Source: an uncultured Chitinophagaceae bacterium
GTDB lineage: Bacteria > Bacteroidota > Bacteroidia > Chitinophagales > CAIOSU01
Assembly (NCBI GenBank): GCA_964518215.1
Contig: CAZFFP010000006.1
Location: 13,704 to 77,703 of the forward strand
Length of the DNA: 64,000 bases
Direction of reading: 5' to 3'
The number at the start of each line of letters is the position of its first letter. Position 1 is the stretch's first letter. Under the pieces are notes generated by a model. The model saw nothing but the letters and a program-made list of their open reading frames with translations, was not told the origin of the DNA and did no database searches. Positions 49,257 through 58,787 of the stretch are shown in pieces. A program made the translations under genes and the position numbers.

Positions 49257-50066
49257 TTAATTTTTCATCAGCCTTTTAGAATACATTCCTTTTTCAGTAG
49301 CAATATTTATAATAAAAATTCCCGGAGGCAATGAAGCTATATTCAGCGTATTGTCTGAAATTTCATTTTTAAGTATTGACTGCCCAAGCATATTGAATAT
49401 TTCAGCGTAATGAATTTGCTCATCAGGAATTTCAATTCTTACTATATCGCTCGATGGATTGGGATAAAGCGCAAAATCTTTTTTGCTGAAGTTGTTGGCG
49501 CTTGAAGTTGCTCCTTCATCATATACCAAATTCAAGACCGGTGCAAATTCGGGGTCGGAAGCATCATTGAAAGTGATTTTTCCACCCGTGAATCCGGGAG
49601 CACTGACATGAAATTGAATGGTTGAATTGCTTGTGATAAATGGTAAAACAGATTCGGGCAAATCTAATCTTATCCAATGCCCATTTCCGTTGTTAGAGCC
49701 AAACAAACAAGGATTGCCGGAGGCATCGCCCACTTCAGCATAGTCAGCCGCTTCAATATCTGCTGAAGTGCCAAAATTCCCATTTTTTATTTTCACCTGT
49801 AAATTGCCGCTAATGGGATTTGAACCGATTAAAGCTGTTCTTCTCAAAAAAATAGAGGCTTTTGAAATGCCTGTGTCTGCCATTGTGGTGGTGTTAAACG
49901 TTAATGCAGCGGCAAACAACTCTCCATTATCTTCCCCTATTTGAATATTGCCCGAAACATTTCCCTGAGACGAAACAGAGCCAGTGCCGCTGCTATTTTC
50001 AGAAAGCAAATACAAATCGTCCATCAAAAATTTATGATAAAACTTTCTGGTTTGGTATTCCACCAT
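49257..50066 (-). CDS. Beta-sandwich domain plus T9SS type A C-terminal sorting domain, lacking its own signal peptide (likely the distal part of the interrupted upstream gene)
   Basis: 269 aa. CTD FALYPNPSSDIVRIEIP...GIFIINIATEKG. The N-terminus MVEYQTRKFYHKF is not signal-like. It is in the same frame as 50079-50897 and separated only by TAA plus 4 codons. Confidence 0.6.
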   Translation of the reverse strand: MVEYQTRKFYHKFLMDDLYLLSENSSGTGSVSSQGNVSGNIQIGEDNGELFAAALTFNTTTMADTGISKASIFLRRTALIGSNPISGNLQVKIKNGNFGTSADIEAADYAEVGDASGNPCLFGSNNGNGHWIRLDLPESVLPFITSNSTIQFHVSAPGFTGGKITFNDASDPEFAPVLNLVYDEGATSSANNFSKKDFALYPNPSSDIVRIEIPDEQIHYAEIFNMLGQSILKNEISDNTLNIASLPPGIFIINIATEKGMYSKRLMKN

Positions 50067-50078
50067 GTCTTCATAACC

Positions 50079-50897
50079 TTATGCAGAAAGATGAAAACAA
50101 TCTTTGGTCAGAAAATAATCGCGCATGGAGTTTTGTGGTGAAGGGTAATCGGGCATGCCAGCCGGAAGCGGAACGGTTCCCGCTGCATAACTTCCTCCCG
50201 GGGCTATACCCAAGGGTGTGTTTTGACCGAAAGTGTATTGCATTAAGCCGGTAGCATTGATGAAATCAACTTGCGGGTCGGTGGCGCAATAGGCTTCGAC
50301 CTGAGCAGAAAAATCATTGAGAATGGTGTTCAATTCTAAAAATGTAGGAAATTCCATTCTTTGCCAATTGCTGTAGAACGGATGATTATTTCCCAGAAAT
50401 GAAGTTTGAATGACTTCTCCGAAATTAGGATACACATAACCGCTCCAAAGAATTCGAATGCCGGGACGCACGCTTTTTATGTAGTCAATCAGTTCGAGCA
50501 AGCGGGCAGAAACTTCATTACGCAAAGAATCTGTTTGCGCCTGAGAAAAACTCACTTTCCAATTGCCTAAAACATCATTGCCCCCAATACTCAAATGCAC
50601 TACTTCAATAGAAGGATTTTCTAAAATCTGAAGAACCATTTCCTCTTGCTTTTCAGGCTTAAGAAAATCGGTGGTTTTTGCTCCGTTTTCAGAGAGCGTC
50701 AAATTGGTCAAATACCGATAATTGGAAAAGCCCCATTTTCTGAAAACATTGTTGATGGTTTGGTCTGCATTCATAAAAAAAGCCCAACTGTCGCCCACCA
50801 AAAGCACTTTAGGTCCGGGGGTTTCGTTGCATTGAGCAAATGATTTCTGATAGAAAAAGAAAACGGTTGAGAGAATAATAATGGCGGTTCTTAACAT
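50079..50897 (-). CDS. SGNH/GDSL hydrolase with signal peptide
   Basis: 272 aa. Signal peptide ...QKSFAQ, block I LLVGDSWA, block III GGNDV, and block V DCFH five residues before the TAA. Confidence 0.8.
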   Translation of the reverse strand: MLRTAIIILSTVFFFYQKSFAQCNETPGPKVLLVGDSWAFFMNADQTINNVFRKWGFSNYRYLTNLTLSENGAKTTDFLKPEKQEEMVLQILENPSIEVVHLSIGGNDVLGNWKVSFSQAQTDSLRNEVSARLLELIDYIKSVRPGIRILWSGYVYPNFGEVIQTSFLGNNHPFYSNWQRMEFPTFLELNTILNDFSAQVEAYCATDPQVDFINATGLMQYTFGQNTPLGIAPGGSYAAGTVPLPAGMPDYPSPQNSMRDYFLTKDCFHLSA

Positions 50898-51113
50898 GCC
50901 TGCTGTAAATTTTAGTTAATGAATAGAATAAAAATTTTGTTGGTTTGTTTTTTTGAAGATAGGAAAAATCCTTTTGCCAAGCTTGTTTGTATTCGCATAA
51001 ATGAAGGCTTGCGATTTAAGAAACGAAGGGTTTTGTTTGAAGTTTAACATTTTATGAAGGTTAATATTCCGTAACTTTATGCCTTTGCGCAACCACCAAA
51101 ATAAGATTCGGCA

Positions 51114-54100
51114 ATGAGAAAAATTTTTAGTGTTTTGTTACTGCTTTCAGCAGTATTATTCTTTCCTTTCGCAAACGTTTTTTCACAATCGCCCACCTGC
51201 AACATTAACCAGATAATTCAGGCATTTACCAATGCCGGATACACGCAGTTGAATGTGCAGGGACAGCCGTGCAGCATATATTTCTACAACAACAGCAACC
51301 AATCTGCGAGTGCCGCACAATCATCAGCACAGGCATTGGGCGCCAACTTAGTTTCCATACAAAGTCAGGCTGAAAACGATGCTATTGTAACGGCATTATT
51401 GGCGGCAGGCATTCCTTCTAATGCGGTGGTTTGGATTGGTGGCAGATTTACAACCGCTGCTCATGGAGCTACTGATTTTTCATGGTACGATGGCTCTCCG
51501 GTAACCTTTACCAATTGGAATGCAGGCGAACCAAATAACAATAGTGGAGGAGTTGGAAACGAAGACTGTATTAATCTTCAATTAAACAATGGGTTCTGGA
51601 ACGATTTGGTATGTGATGCCCAACCAATAGGATTAGGACCAACAGGTCCTTCGGTAATAAAAGTAAATCTTTGCCCTGAAGTAAGCGTAACCGGTGGAGG
51701 GCAACCCATATGCACCGGAGGACAAGCTACGCTTAATGCTACTACACTATTTGGTTCTACCCCTTATCAGTATGCGTGGTTTGAATTTCCCAATACAACT
51801 CCTATCGGAACCGGACCTACGTTTACGCCTACAGTAAACAACAATACTATTTTTGTTGCCGGAGTTCAGGACAGATACGGCTGCACAGATACGGCACACG
51901 TTGCTATTGCTACACAAAACTGCACCGTTCCTTTGGGTTGCGATTTAACCGCCATTCGTCAGGCATATCAGAATGCAGGTTATGCCGAATTGAACGTTCA
52001 GGGACAACCTTGCGCGCTTTATTTCTACAATACTCAAAACCAAAGCGCCACTGCCGCACAGAATGCTGCTCAAACATTGGGCGCGAATTTGGTTTCTATC
52101 GAAAGTCAGGCTGAAAATGATGCCCTTCAGCAAGCGCTCATACAAGCCGGGTTTTCAAATGCCGTGGTATGGATTGGCGGGCGCTTTACTACTGCCGCGC
52201 ACGGGCCCAATGATTTTACCTGGTATGACGGCTCGCCTGTAGGATACACCAACTGGAATCCGGGAGAACCTAATAATAACAGTGGGGGCGTAGGTCCTGA
52301 AAATTGCATTCAAATGGTGGTGAACAGCGGCAGATGGAACGATTTGGTGTGCGATGCGCAACCCTTGGGCTTGGGTCCTCGCGGCACTTCGGTTATTAAA
52401 GTGAATTTGTGTCCCGAAATCACCGTTACGGGCGATGGGCAAAGCGTATGTCCGGGCGACCCCGCACAACTTTCGGCAACAGCAATTTTAGGCTCCACAC
52501 CATATTCGTTTACTTGGGATAACGGAGGCGGAAGCGGAGCTAGTGTTACTGTGAATCCAAGTGTAACAACCAATTATACGGCTACAGTTACTGACAGGTG
52601 GGGCTGTCAGGCTACTCAACCCGCAACGGTAAATATTGACCCGAACTGTGCGCAGCCCATTTGCGATATTCAAGCAGTCAGAAATGCTTTTCAAGGAGCA
52701 GGCTACACCGAAATGCTCACCTGCAATAACCTCGACCCATGTTTCATGTATTTTCTGAATCCGAATAATTTAGACGGAACCACAGCTCAGACTGCTGCAC
52801 AGGCACTGGGGGCTAATCTAGCTTCCATTAATAATGCCACCGAAAATCAGTGCCTGAGGGACTGGCTGGCAAACAACGGCTTTAGCGCCAACGATTATGT
52901 AATGATAGGTTTGAATGATATAGATGTAGAAGGAACTTTCGTTTGGTATGACCAAAGTCCGGTTACATACACCAACTGGGATAACGGTGAGCCGAACAAT
53001 TCAGGAGGTAATGAAGATTGTGTTCAGTTAAGAATCAACAGCGGATTATGGAACGATATTCCATGCAATTTCCCCAATTCCGGCTCCATCATTAAGGTCA
53101 ATCTTTGTCCGCAAATAACCCCTTCACCCAATCAAACAATTTGCCTGGGAGAAACCACTCAAATTTCTGCCAACACTATTTTGGGTTCCACACCCTACAC
53201 ATATTCATGGGATAATAATGCGGGTTCCAATGCTTCAGCATCTGTTTCGCCAACAGCCAACACCACCTACTCTGTTACTGTTACCGACCGTTACAGTTGC
53301 ACGGCTACTTCAAGCACCAATATTACAGTTGACCCTAATTGCACGCCTCCCACCTGCGATATTCAAGCTATCAGAGACGCTTTCACCGCAGCTACGGGTT
53401 ATGTAGAATTGAATGTTACAGGTCAGGATTGCAGTATGTATTTTGTTAACACCCGCTCGCAAAGTTCGCTTCTAAGCCAACAGCAGGCACAGCAGTTGGG
53501 AGCCAATATGGTTTTCTTTAATGATGAAGCTGAAAATATTGCGGTCATCAATGCCATCAACAATTCACCCTATGCCGGACAAACCATTTGGATAGGAGTG
53601 AACAGAACCGGAACTGCACAGCCAACATTTTACGCATTAGATGGTACTACCGGACCTTTCAATCCCGGACCAGCTACTTCGGGCTTATGGCAAAACTGGG
53701 CGCCCGGAGAGCCGAATAATAATGGCTATCAGGATTGTTTTGGCGGATGCGGTTTCATCGGGTGTGATAGCTATCGTTGTAATAATGGCGAACAATGTGT
53801 ACAAGTATATGCAGACGGAAGGTGGAACGATTTGCCCTGCAACCGCAGCAGTATTTCAATTGTAGAAGTAAATCTTTGCCCTCAGATTACTGTCGTAATT
53901 CCACAAACCATTTGTTCGGGACAAACGGTGCAGTTAGAAGCTACAACCTTGTTAGGTTCCACGCCCTATGGCTATCAGTGGTCTACCAACGAAAACACTG
54001 CCATAATCTCTGTTACACCAAGCGCCACTACCAACTACACAGTTACGGTTACCGACCGTTATCAGTGCTCTACTGACACAGTAGTAACCGTAGAGGTGAA

Positions 54101-55562
54101 TGCTGCCGTTACCACCGATTTCACTGCCACCTCTCCGATTTGTTTCAATGAAACTTCAACCATCACTTACACCGGCACTACTCCACTCGGCTCTATTTTC
54201 AATTGGAATTTTGACGGAGGAACTATTATAAGCGGCAGCAATGAAGGTCCTTATCAAATTTCTTGGGCAACACCCGGGGTAAAAAATATTTCTTTAGATA
54301 TTGATGCACCTCCCGGCTCTTGTGCCGGAACACCCACCACAATTCAAGTTACTGTATCACCTGAACTTCCGTGGGACCCTATAGTGGGCAGCGATGCTCA
54401 GGTTTGTGCAGGCGAAACCATTACTTTAACCGCTTCAGCCGGCTTTGCAAACTACGAATGGAGTAATGGCGCAAACGGGCAATCACTCACGGTTACCACA
54501 ACAGGTAACTACCGTGTTACCGCCACCGATGCCAATGGCTGCGAGTATGTCTCGAACACCGTCAATATTGTAGTGCACGATAAGCCTGTTTTAACTTTAG
54601 ATAATCTCGAAAACGTATCCTGTTTCGACTTAACCGATGGTAGTGCCACATTCGCTGCGACAGGCGGAATATCTCCTTATCAATATGTATTGGAGCCGGG
54701 AATTTTTCTAACCGGAAATACTGCCCCAAACCTTGCTCCGGGTAATTACACAGTTATAGTTTTTGATGCACTTCAGTGCAACGACACTGTTGATTTCATC
54801 ATTACTGAACCAGCGGCACCATTGAGCATTAATTTACTGTTGTTGCAAAACGCTATTTGTCATGGCGATGCCAATGGTATTATTCAACTGGAAGCCCTTG
54901 GCGGAACATCAGACTATACATTTGTATGGTCGAACGGGCGCACAGGAGCATCGGTTACTGATTTTTCGAATGGCACTTATACGGTAACCGCCATTGATGC
55001 CAATGGTTGTACCGTTGAAGAAACCTACACCATTACTCACCCCGATCCCATTTTGGTTACAGTTCCTTCAAATTATGAAGTATTGCTGGGCAAGTCAGTA
55101 GTGCTAACTGCCGAAACTGGCGATAACCCGCTTTATGCTTTCGAGTGGAAACCTGATTATAATCTGAACGACCCATCTATATTGCAGCCAACCGCAACAC
55201 CTTATCTAACTACTACTTATGTAGTAACCGTTCGTGATGAAAATGATTGCACAGGAACCGATACCACCACAGTTAACGTGTTGGATAGCATTATCATTTA
55301 CATTCCGAATATTTTCTCGCCCAACAATGATGGGATTAACGACCAGTTTCTGGTTTATGCCAATGCAGTGAAAAATTTCTATATGATTATTTATGATCGT
55401 TGGGGCGAAAAAGTATTTGAATCGGAAGACATTTTCCAGCCCTGGGACGGCAACTACAAGGGCAAACTTGCCCCCGAAGGAGTTTATGTATATCATATCC
55501 GTTTCACTTTCCTGAATCAGACACAACAAAAACGAAGCGGAAGTATTACGTTGGTGAGGTGA
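51114..55562 (+). CDS. Giant T9SS type B cargo with four C-type-lectin-like domains, Ig-like, PKD-like and SprB repeats
   Basis: 1482 aa with a signal peptide. Four CTLD-like blocks of the form WYDGSP..YTNWxxGEPNN..(E/Q)(D/N)C......WND..C. Two SprB-type repeats (CFDLTDGSATFAATGGISPYQY, CHGDANGIIQLEALGGTSDYTF). C-terminal gliding-motility type B domain IPNIFSPNNDGINDQF...GVYVYHI. Confidence 0.9.
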   Translation: MRKIFSVLLLLSAVLFFPFANVFSQSPTCNINQIIQAFTNAGYTQLNVQGQPCSIYFYNNSNQSASAAQSSAQALGANLVSIQSQAENDAIVTALLAAGIPSNAVVWIGGRFTTAAHGATDFSWYDGSPVTFTNWNAGEPNNNSGGVGNEDCINLQLNNGFWNDLVCDAQPIGLGPTGPSVIKVNLCPEVSVTGGGQPICTGGQATLNATTLFGSTPYQYAWFEFPNTTPIGTGPTFTPTVNNNTIFVAGVQDRYGCTDTAHVAIATQNCTVPLGCDLTAIRQAYQNAGYAELNVQGQPCALYFYNTQNQSATAAQNAAQTLGANLVSIESQAENDALQQALIQAGFSNAVVWIGGRFTTAAHGPNDFTWYDGSPVGYTNWNPGEPNNNSGGVGPENCIQMVVNSGRWNDLVCDAQPLGLGPRGTSVIKVNLCPEITVTGDGQSVCPGDPAQLSATAILGSTPYSFTWDNGGGSGASVTVNPSVTTNYTATVTDRWGCQATQPATVNIDPNCAQPICDIQAVRNAFQGAGYTEMLTCNNLDPCFMYFLNPNNLDGTTAQTAAQALGANLASINNATENQCLRDWLANNGFSANDYVMIGLNDIDVEGTFVWYDQSPVTYTNWDNGEPNNSGGNEDCVQLRINSGLWNDIPCNFPNSGSIIKVNLCPQITPSPNQTICLGETTQISANTILGSTPYTYSWDNNAGSNASASVSPTANTTYSVTVTDRYSCTATSSTNITVDPNCTPPTCDIQAIRDAFTAATGYVELNVTGQDCSMYFVNTRSQSSLLSQQQAQQLGANMVFFNDEAENIAVINAINNSPYAGQTIWIGVNRTGTAQPTFYALDGTTGPFNPGPATSGLWQNWAPGEPNNNGYQDCFGGCGFIGCDSYRCNNGEQCVQVYADGRWNDLPCNRSSISIVEVNLCPQITVVIPQTICSGQTVQLEATTLLGSTPYGYQWSTNENTAIISVTPSATTNYTVTVTDRYQCSTDTVVTVEVNAAVTTDFTATSPICFNETSTITYTGTTPLGSIFNWNFDGGTIISGSNEGPYQISWATPGVKNISLDIDAPPGSCAGTPTTIQVTVSPELPWDPIVGSDAQVCAGETITLTASAGFANYEWSNGANGQSLTVTTTGNYRVTATDANGCEYVSNTVNIVVHDKPVLTLDNLENVSCFDLTDGSATFAATGGISPYQYVLEPGIFLTGNTAPNLAPGNYTVIVFDALQCNDTVDFIITEPAAPLSINLLLLQNAICHGDANGIIQLEALGGTSDYTFVWSNGRTGASVTDFSNGTYTVTAIDANGCTVEETYTITHPDPILVTVPSNYEVLLGKSVVLTAETGDNPLYAFEWKPDYNLNDPSILQPTATPYLTTTYVVTVRDENDCTGTDTTTVNVLDSIIIYIPNIFSPNNDGINDQFLVYANAVKNFYMIIYDRWGEKVFESEDIFQPWDGNYKGKLAPEGVYVYHIRFTFLNQTQQKRSGSITLVR
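51190..53880 (+). repeat. Four tandem CTLD + Ig-like coding modules (about 690-745 nt each)
   Basis: Module starts are at about 51192, 51936, 52656 and 53350 (P-x-C-[ND]-[IL]-x-x-[IV]-[IR]-x-A-[FY]). Modules 1 and 2 are also clearly similar at the nucleotide level. Confidence 0.8.
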
Positions 55563-56011
55563 TGATTAAGCCCACATATAAAGTTAACTTCTTTCATTGT
55601 GCAATCGAACTTTATACGAGGACAAGAAACTCACTCAGGAATGTCGAATGTATGTTCTTTCAGAGGCATTTCAATAAACGAGTTTTTTTAACCTTATCCT
55701 TTTAACACCCGATGTTCTTCAGAAGGTCAAGCCAGTCTTACTTCCTCTATGCCTCTTCAAAAAACCTTATTGAACTCAATTCTTTAGCAAAGTCTAATTT
55801 CATCGGCTATTATTGTTTTTCCCATAATATCATTTTCTAAACAGACAAAAAAGCCCTCTTTTTTTAAGACAATAAAAATAAATAGCCCATATTTTTACTG
55901 ATTATCAATTGGTTACAGGGACAGAATAAAACTTTTTAGGATTTTTTCTTGTATGTGTCAGGGAAGGAATCTACCTTCGCAGTCCATTTTTAACAAGCTA
56001 ATAAAAAAACA

Positions 56012-56464
56012 GTGGATACATTAAGTTTTAAAACCGTTTCAGCCAACAGCGCTACCATCAAACGCGACTGGTATATCGTAGATGCTGAAAATCAGGTAGT
56101 AGGTCGTTTGTCGAGCCGTATTGCTCACATACTGAGAGGCAAAAACAAGCCCTATTTTACTCCTCATGCCGATTGTGGCGACTTTGTTATCATTATTAAT
56201 GCCGACAAGGTGCGCTTTACCGGCAAAAAACTCGAACAGAAAGAATATTTGCGCCACACGGGTTATCCCGGAGGTCAGCGTTCTGCCACCCCCAAGCATC
56301 TTTTGAGCTATAAGCCCGAAGCCATTTTGGAAAACGCCATCAAAAAAATGCTTCCCAAAAACAAATTGGGCAACGCCATGTTCAAAAAACTGTTTGTCTA
56401 TGCCGGAACCGAACATCCGCATCAGGCACAGAAACCTACTCCCATCAACCCTCTAAATCAATAA
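56012..56464 (+). CDS. rplM: 50S ribosomal protein L13
   Basis: 150 aa, GTG start. KRDWYIVDAENQVVGRLSSRIAHILRGK. Confidence 0.96.
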   Translation: MDTLSFKTVSANSATIKRDWYIVDAENQVVGRLSSRIAHILRGKNKPYFTPHADCGDFVIIINADKVRFTGKKLEQKEYLRHTGYPGGQRSATPKHLLSYKPEAILENAIKKMLPKNKLGNAMFKKLFVYAGTEHPHQAQKPTPINPLNQ

Positions 56465-56470
56465 TCTCAC

Positions 56471-56857
56471 ATGAGTCAGACTAACGCCACAGGCAGAAGA
56501 AAAACAGCCGTAGCCCGTGTTTTCCTGAGCAAAGGAAACGGTAAAGTTACCGTGAACGGCAAAGACTATAAAGAATATTTTTCTGTAACCCACTTAGCCA
56601 CCAAAATTGAGCAGCCTCTTAAGCTCAATGAAGAAGCGCTCACTTTCGACTACAGAGTGAATGTTGATGGCGGTGGAGTAAAAGGACAGGCAGATGCAGT
56701 GAAACTTGCCATTGCCCGCGCACTCATTAAAGAAAACCCCGAACTGCGTCCCGTGTTGAAGCAAGCCAAATTGCTGGTGCGCGATTCGCGTGTTGTAGAG
56801 CGTAAAAAACCAGGCTTGCGCAAAGCCCGTAAGAGAAGCCAATTCAGTAAACGTTAA
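56471..56857 (+). CDS. rpsI: 30S ribosomal protein S9
   Basis: 128 aa. GRRKTAVARV ... C-terminal RKARKRSQFSKR. Confidence 0.96.
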   Translation: MSQTNATGRRKTAVARVFLSKGNGKVTVNGKDYKEYFSVTHLATKIEQPLKLNEEALTFDYRVNVDGGGVKGQADAVKLAIARALIKENPELRPVLKQAKLLVRDSRVVERKKPGLRKARKRSQFSKR

Positions 56858-56875
56858 TCTTTTATACTTCAAGAT

Positions 56876-57772
56876 ATGTCACAAATCACTTCACAGGAAT
56901 TACTCGATGCAGGCGTTCATTTCGGACACCTGAAAAAGAAATGGAATCCCCGCATGTTGCCTTATATTTTCATGGAAAAGAAAGGCATTCATATTATTGA
57001 CCTTAACAAAACTCTGGTGAAACTCAACGAGTCTGCCGCAGCCTTGAAGTCCATAGCCAAATCGGGAAAAAAGATATTGTTTGTTGCTACCAAAAAGCAA
57101 GCTAAAACCATCGTGGAAGATGCCGCCAAGCGCGTAAACATGCCTTATGTTACCGAGCGTTGGTTGGGCGGTATGCTTACCAACTTCACTACCATTCGCA
57201 AATCCATCAAAAAAATGCAAAGCATTGAAAAGATGTTGAGCGAAACCGAAGGCGAAAGCATTACCAAAAAAGAACGTTTGGTTTTGAGCCGCGAAAAAGA
57301 AAAGCTCGAAAAAGTGTTGGGTGGCATTGCGCACCTCAACCGTTTACCTGCCGCTATTTTCGTAGTGGACATTATGCACGAACACATTGCTTTGGCAGAA
57401 GCCAAACGCCTCAACATCAATACCTTTGGCGTAGTTGATACCAACTCAGACCCTACACAAGTGGACTTTGCCATTCCTGCCAACGATGATGCCTCAAAAT
57501 CAATCGCCATTGTTACCAACTATTTGGTAGATGCGATTATCGAAGGGCTTCAGGAGCGCCAGAAAGACAAAGAAGAATTTGATGCCACTAAAGAAGATGG
57601 CGAAGAGTTCGATGACAACGACAGAAAAAAATACGAGCGCGACCTTGCTTCTGATGACGATAAAGAAAAAAGATCTAGAAGCAGTGCTCCCGGTTCAGGA
57701 AATAAAAGACCGGGCAAACAAGCGGCAGCCGGAAGCGGTGCCGGAAGAAGAAGGTCTCCCACAAAACGCTAA
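56876..57772 (+). CDS. rpsB: 30S ribosomal protein S2 with an approximately 55-aa charged C-terminal extension
   Basis: 298 aa. LLDAGVHFGHLKKKWNPRM, ERWLGGMLTNF. The tail is rich in D/E/K/R/G. Confidence 0.95.
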   Translation: MSQITSQELLDAGVHFGHLKKKWNPRMLPYIFMEKKGIHIIDLNKTLVKLNESAAALKSIAKSGKKILFVATKKQAKTIVEDAAKRVNMPYVTERWLGGMLTNFTTIRKSIKKMQSIEKMLSETEGESITKKERLVLSREKEKLEKVLGGIAHLNRLPAAIFVVDIMHEHIALAEAKRLNINTFGVVDTNSDPTQVDFAIPANDDASKSIAIVTNYLVDAIIEGLQERQKDKEEFDATKEDGEEFDDNDRKKYERDLASDDDKEKRSRSSAPGSGNKRPGKQAAAGSGAGRRRSPTKR

Positions 57773-57881
57773 TCTTTTTCATTGCTAAAAATCATTTCTT
57801 ATTGCTGAAATATTCAGGCAATAGCGCTTACTGATTTTTGCAAATTCATTTTTATATTTTTTTAATAAAACACAATACACA

Positions 57882-58712
57882 ATGACCATAACCGCTGCTG
57901 ATGTAAACAAATTGCGCCAACAAACAGGTGCAGGCATGATGGAATGTAAAAAAGCGCTTGAACAATCTAATGGCGATATTGATGCCGCTGTTGATTTTCT
58001 TCGCAAAAAAGGACAAAAAGTATCTGAACTGCGTGCCGGACGTGCCGCTAAAGAAGGTAAAGTAGTTGCTAAAACTACCGAAGACGGAAAGAAAGGGGTG
58101 GCTGTAGCGCTCAATTGCGAAACCGATTTCGTAGCTAAAAATGAAGAATTTATTGAGTATGCAGAAAAATTTGCCGCTCATGCACTACAGAACAATTTTT
58201 CTTCTTTAGATGAATTATTAGCCTCATCGTTTGAAGGCGTAACCGTTGCCGAAAAAGTAACCGACCTCGTGGCTAAAATCAACGAGAAAATAGAAATTTC
58301 TGCTTTTGAAAAAATTGAAGCCGAAACCGTAGTAGTGTATAATCACTCCAACGGCAAAGTAAGCGTAGTGTTGGGCTTGAACCAAGCCGAAGCCGATGGT
58401 ATAGCGCAGATTGGACGCGACCTTGCCATGCAGGTAGCCGCTTTGTCGCCTGTTGCCGTAGATGCTTCTGAAGTGCCTCAGGATGTTATTGACCGCGAAA
58501 CCGCCATTGCCAAAGAACAGACCGCTGCCGAAGGCAAACCTGCCGATATGGTAGAAAAAATTGCTCAGGGACGTGTGCAAAAAATGCTGAAAGAAATCAC
58601 TTTGGTGAATCAGGCATTTGTGAAAGACGGCAGCAAAACCGTTGCACAAGTATTGCAGGGCGTTGACAAAGATTTGAAAGTAACCGCTTTCAAACGTGTG
58701 TCTGTAGCTTAA
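57882..58712 (+). CDS. tsf: Translation elongation factor Ts
   Basis: 276 aa. VNKLRQQTGAGMMECKKAL, LNCETDFVAKN. Confidence 0.96.
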   Translation: MTITAADVNKLRQQTGAGMMECKKALEQSNGDIDAAVDFLRKKGQKVSELRAGRAAKEGKVVAKTTEDGKKGVAVALNCETDFVAKNEEFIEYAEKFAAHALQNNFSSLDELLASSFEGVTVAEKVTDLVAKINEKIEISAFEKIEAETVVVYNHSNGKVSVVLGLNQAEADGIAQIGRDLAMQVAALSPVAVDASEVPQDVIDRETAIAKEQTAAEGKPADMVEKIAQGRVQKMLKEITLVNQAFVKDGSKTVAQVLQGVDKDLKVTAFKRVSVA

Positions 58713-58736
58713 TCGTTTTAAACAATTTACATACGC

Positions 58737-58770
58737 AAAAAGCCACTTCGAAAACGAAGTGGCTTTTGTA
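58737..58770. terminator. Bidirectional rho-independent terminator between tsf and the convergent PKD lipoprotein gene
   Basis: aaaagccacttcg (58737-50) / cgaagtggctttt (58755-67), a 13-bp perfect stem with loop aaaa. A/T runs flank both sides. Confidence 0.88.
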
Positions 58771-58787
58771 TTGTAAATGAACAAGAA

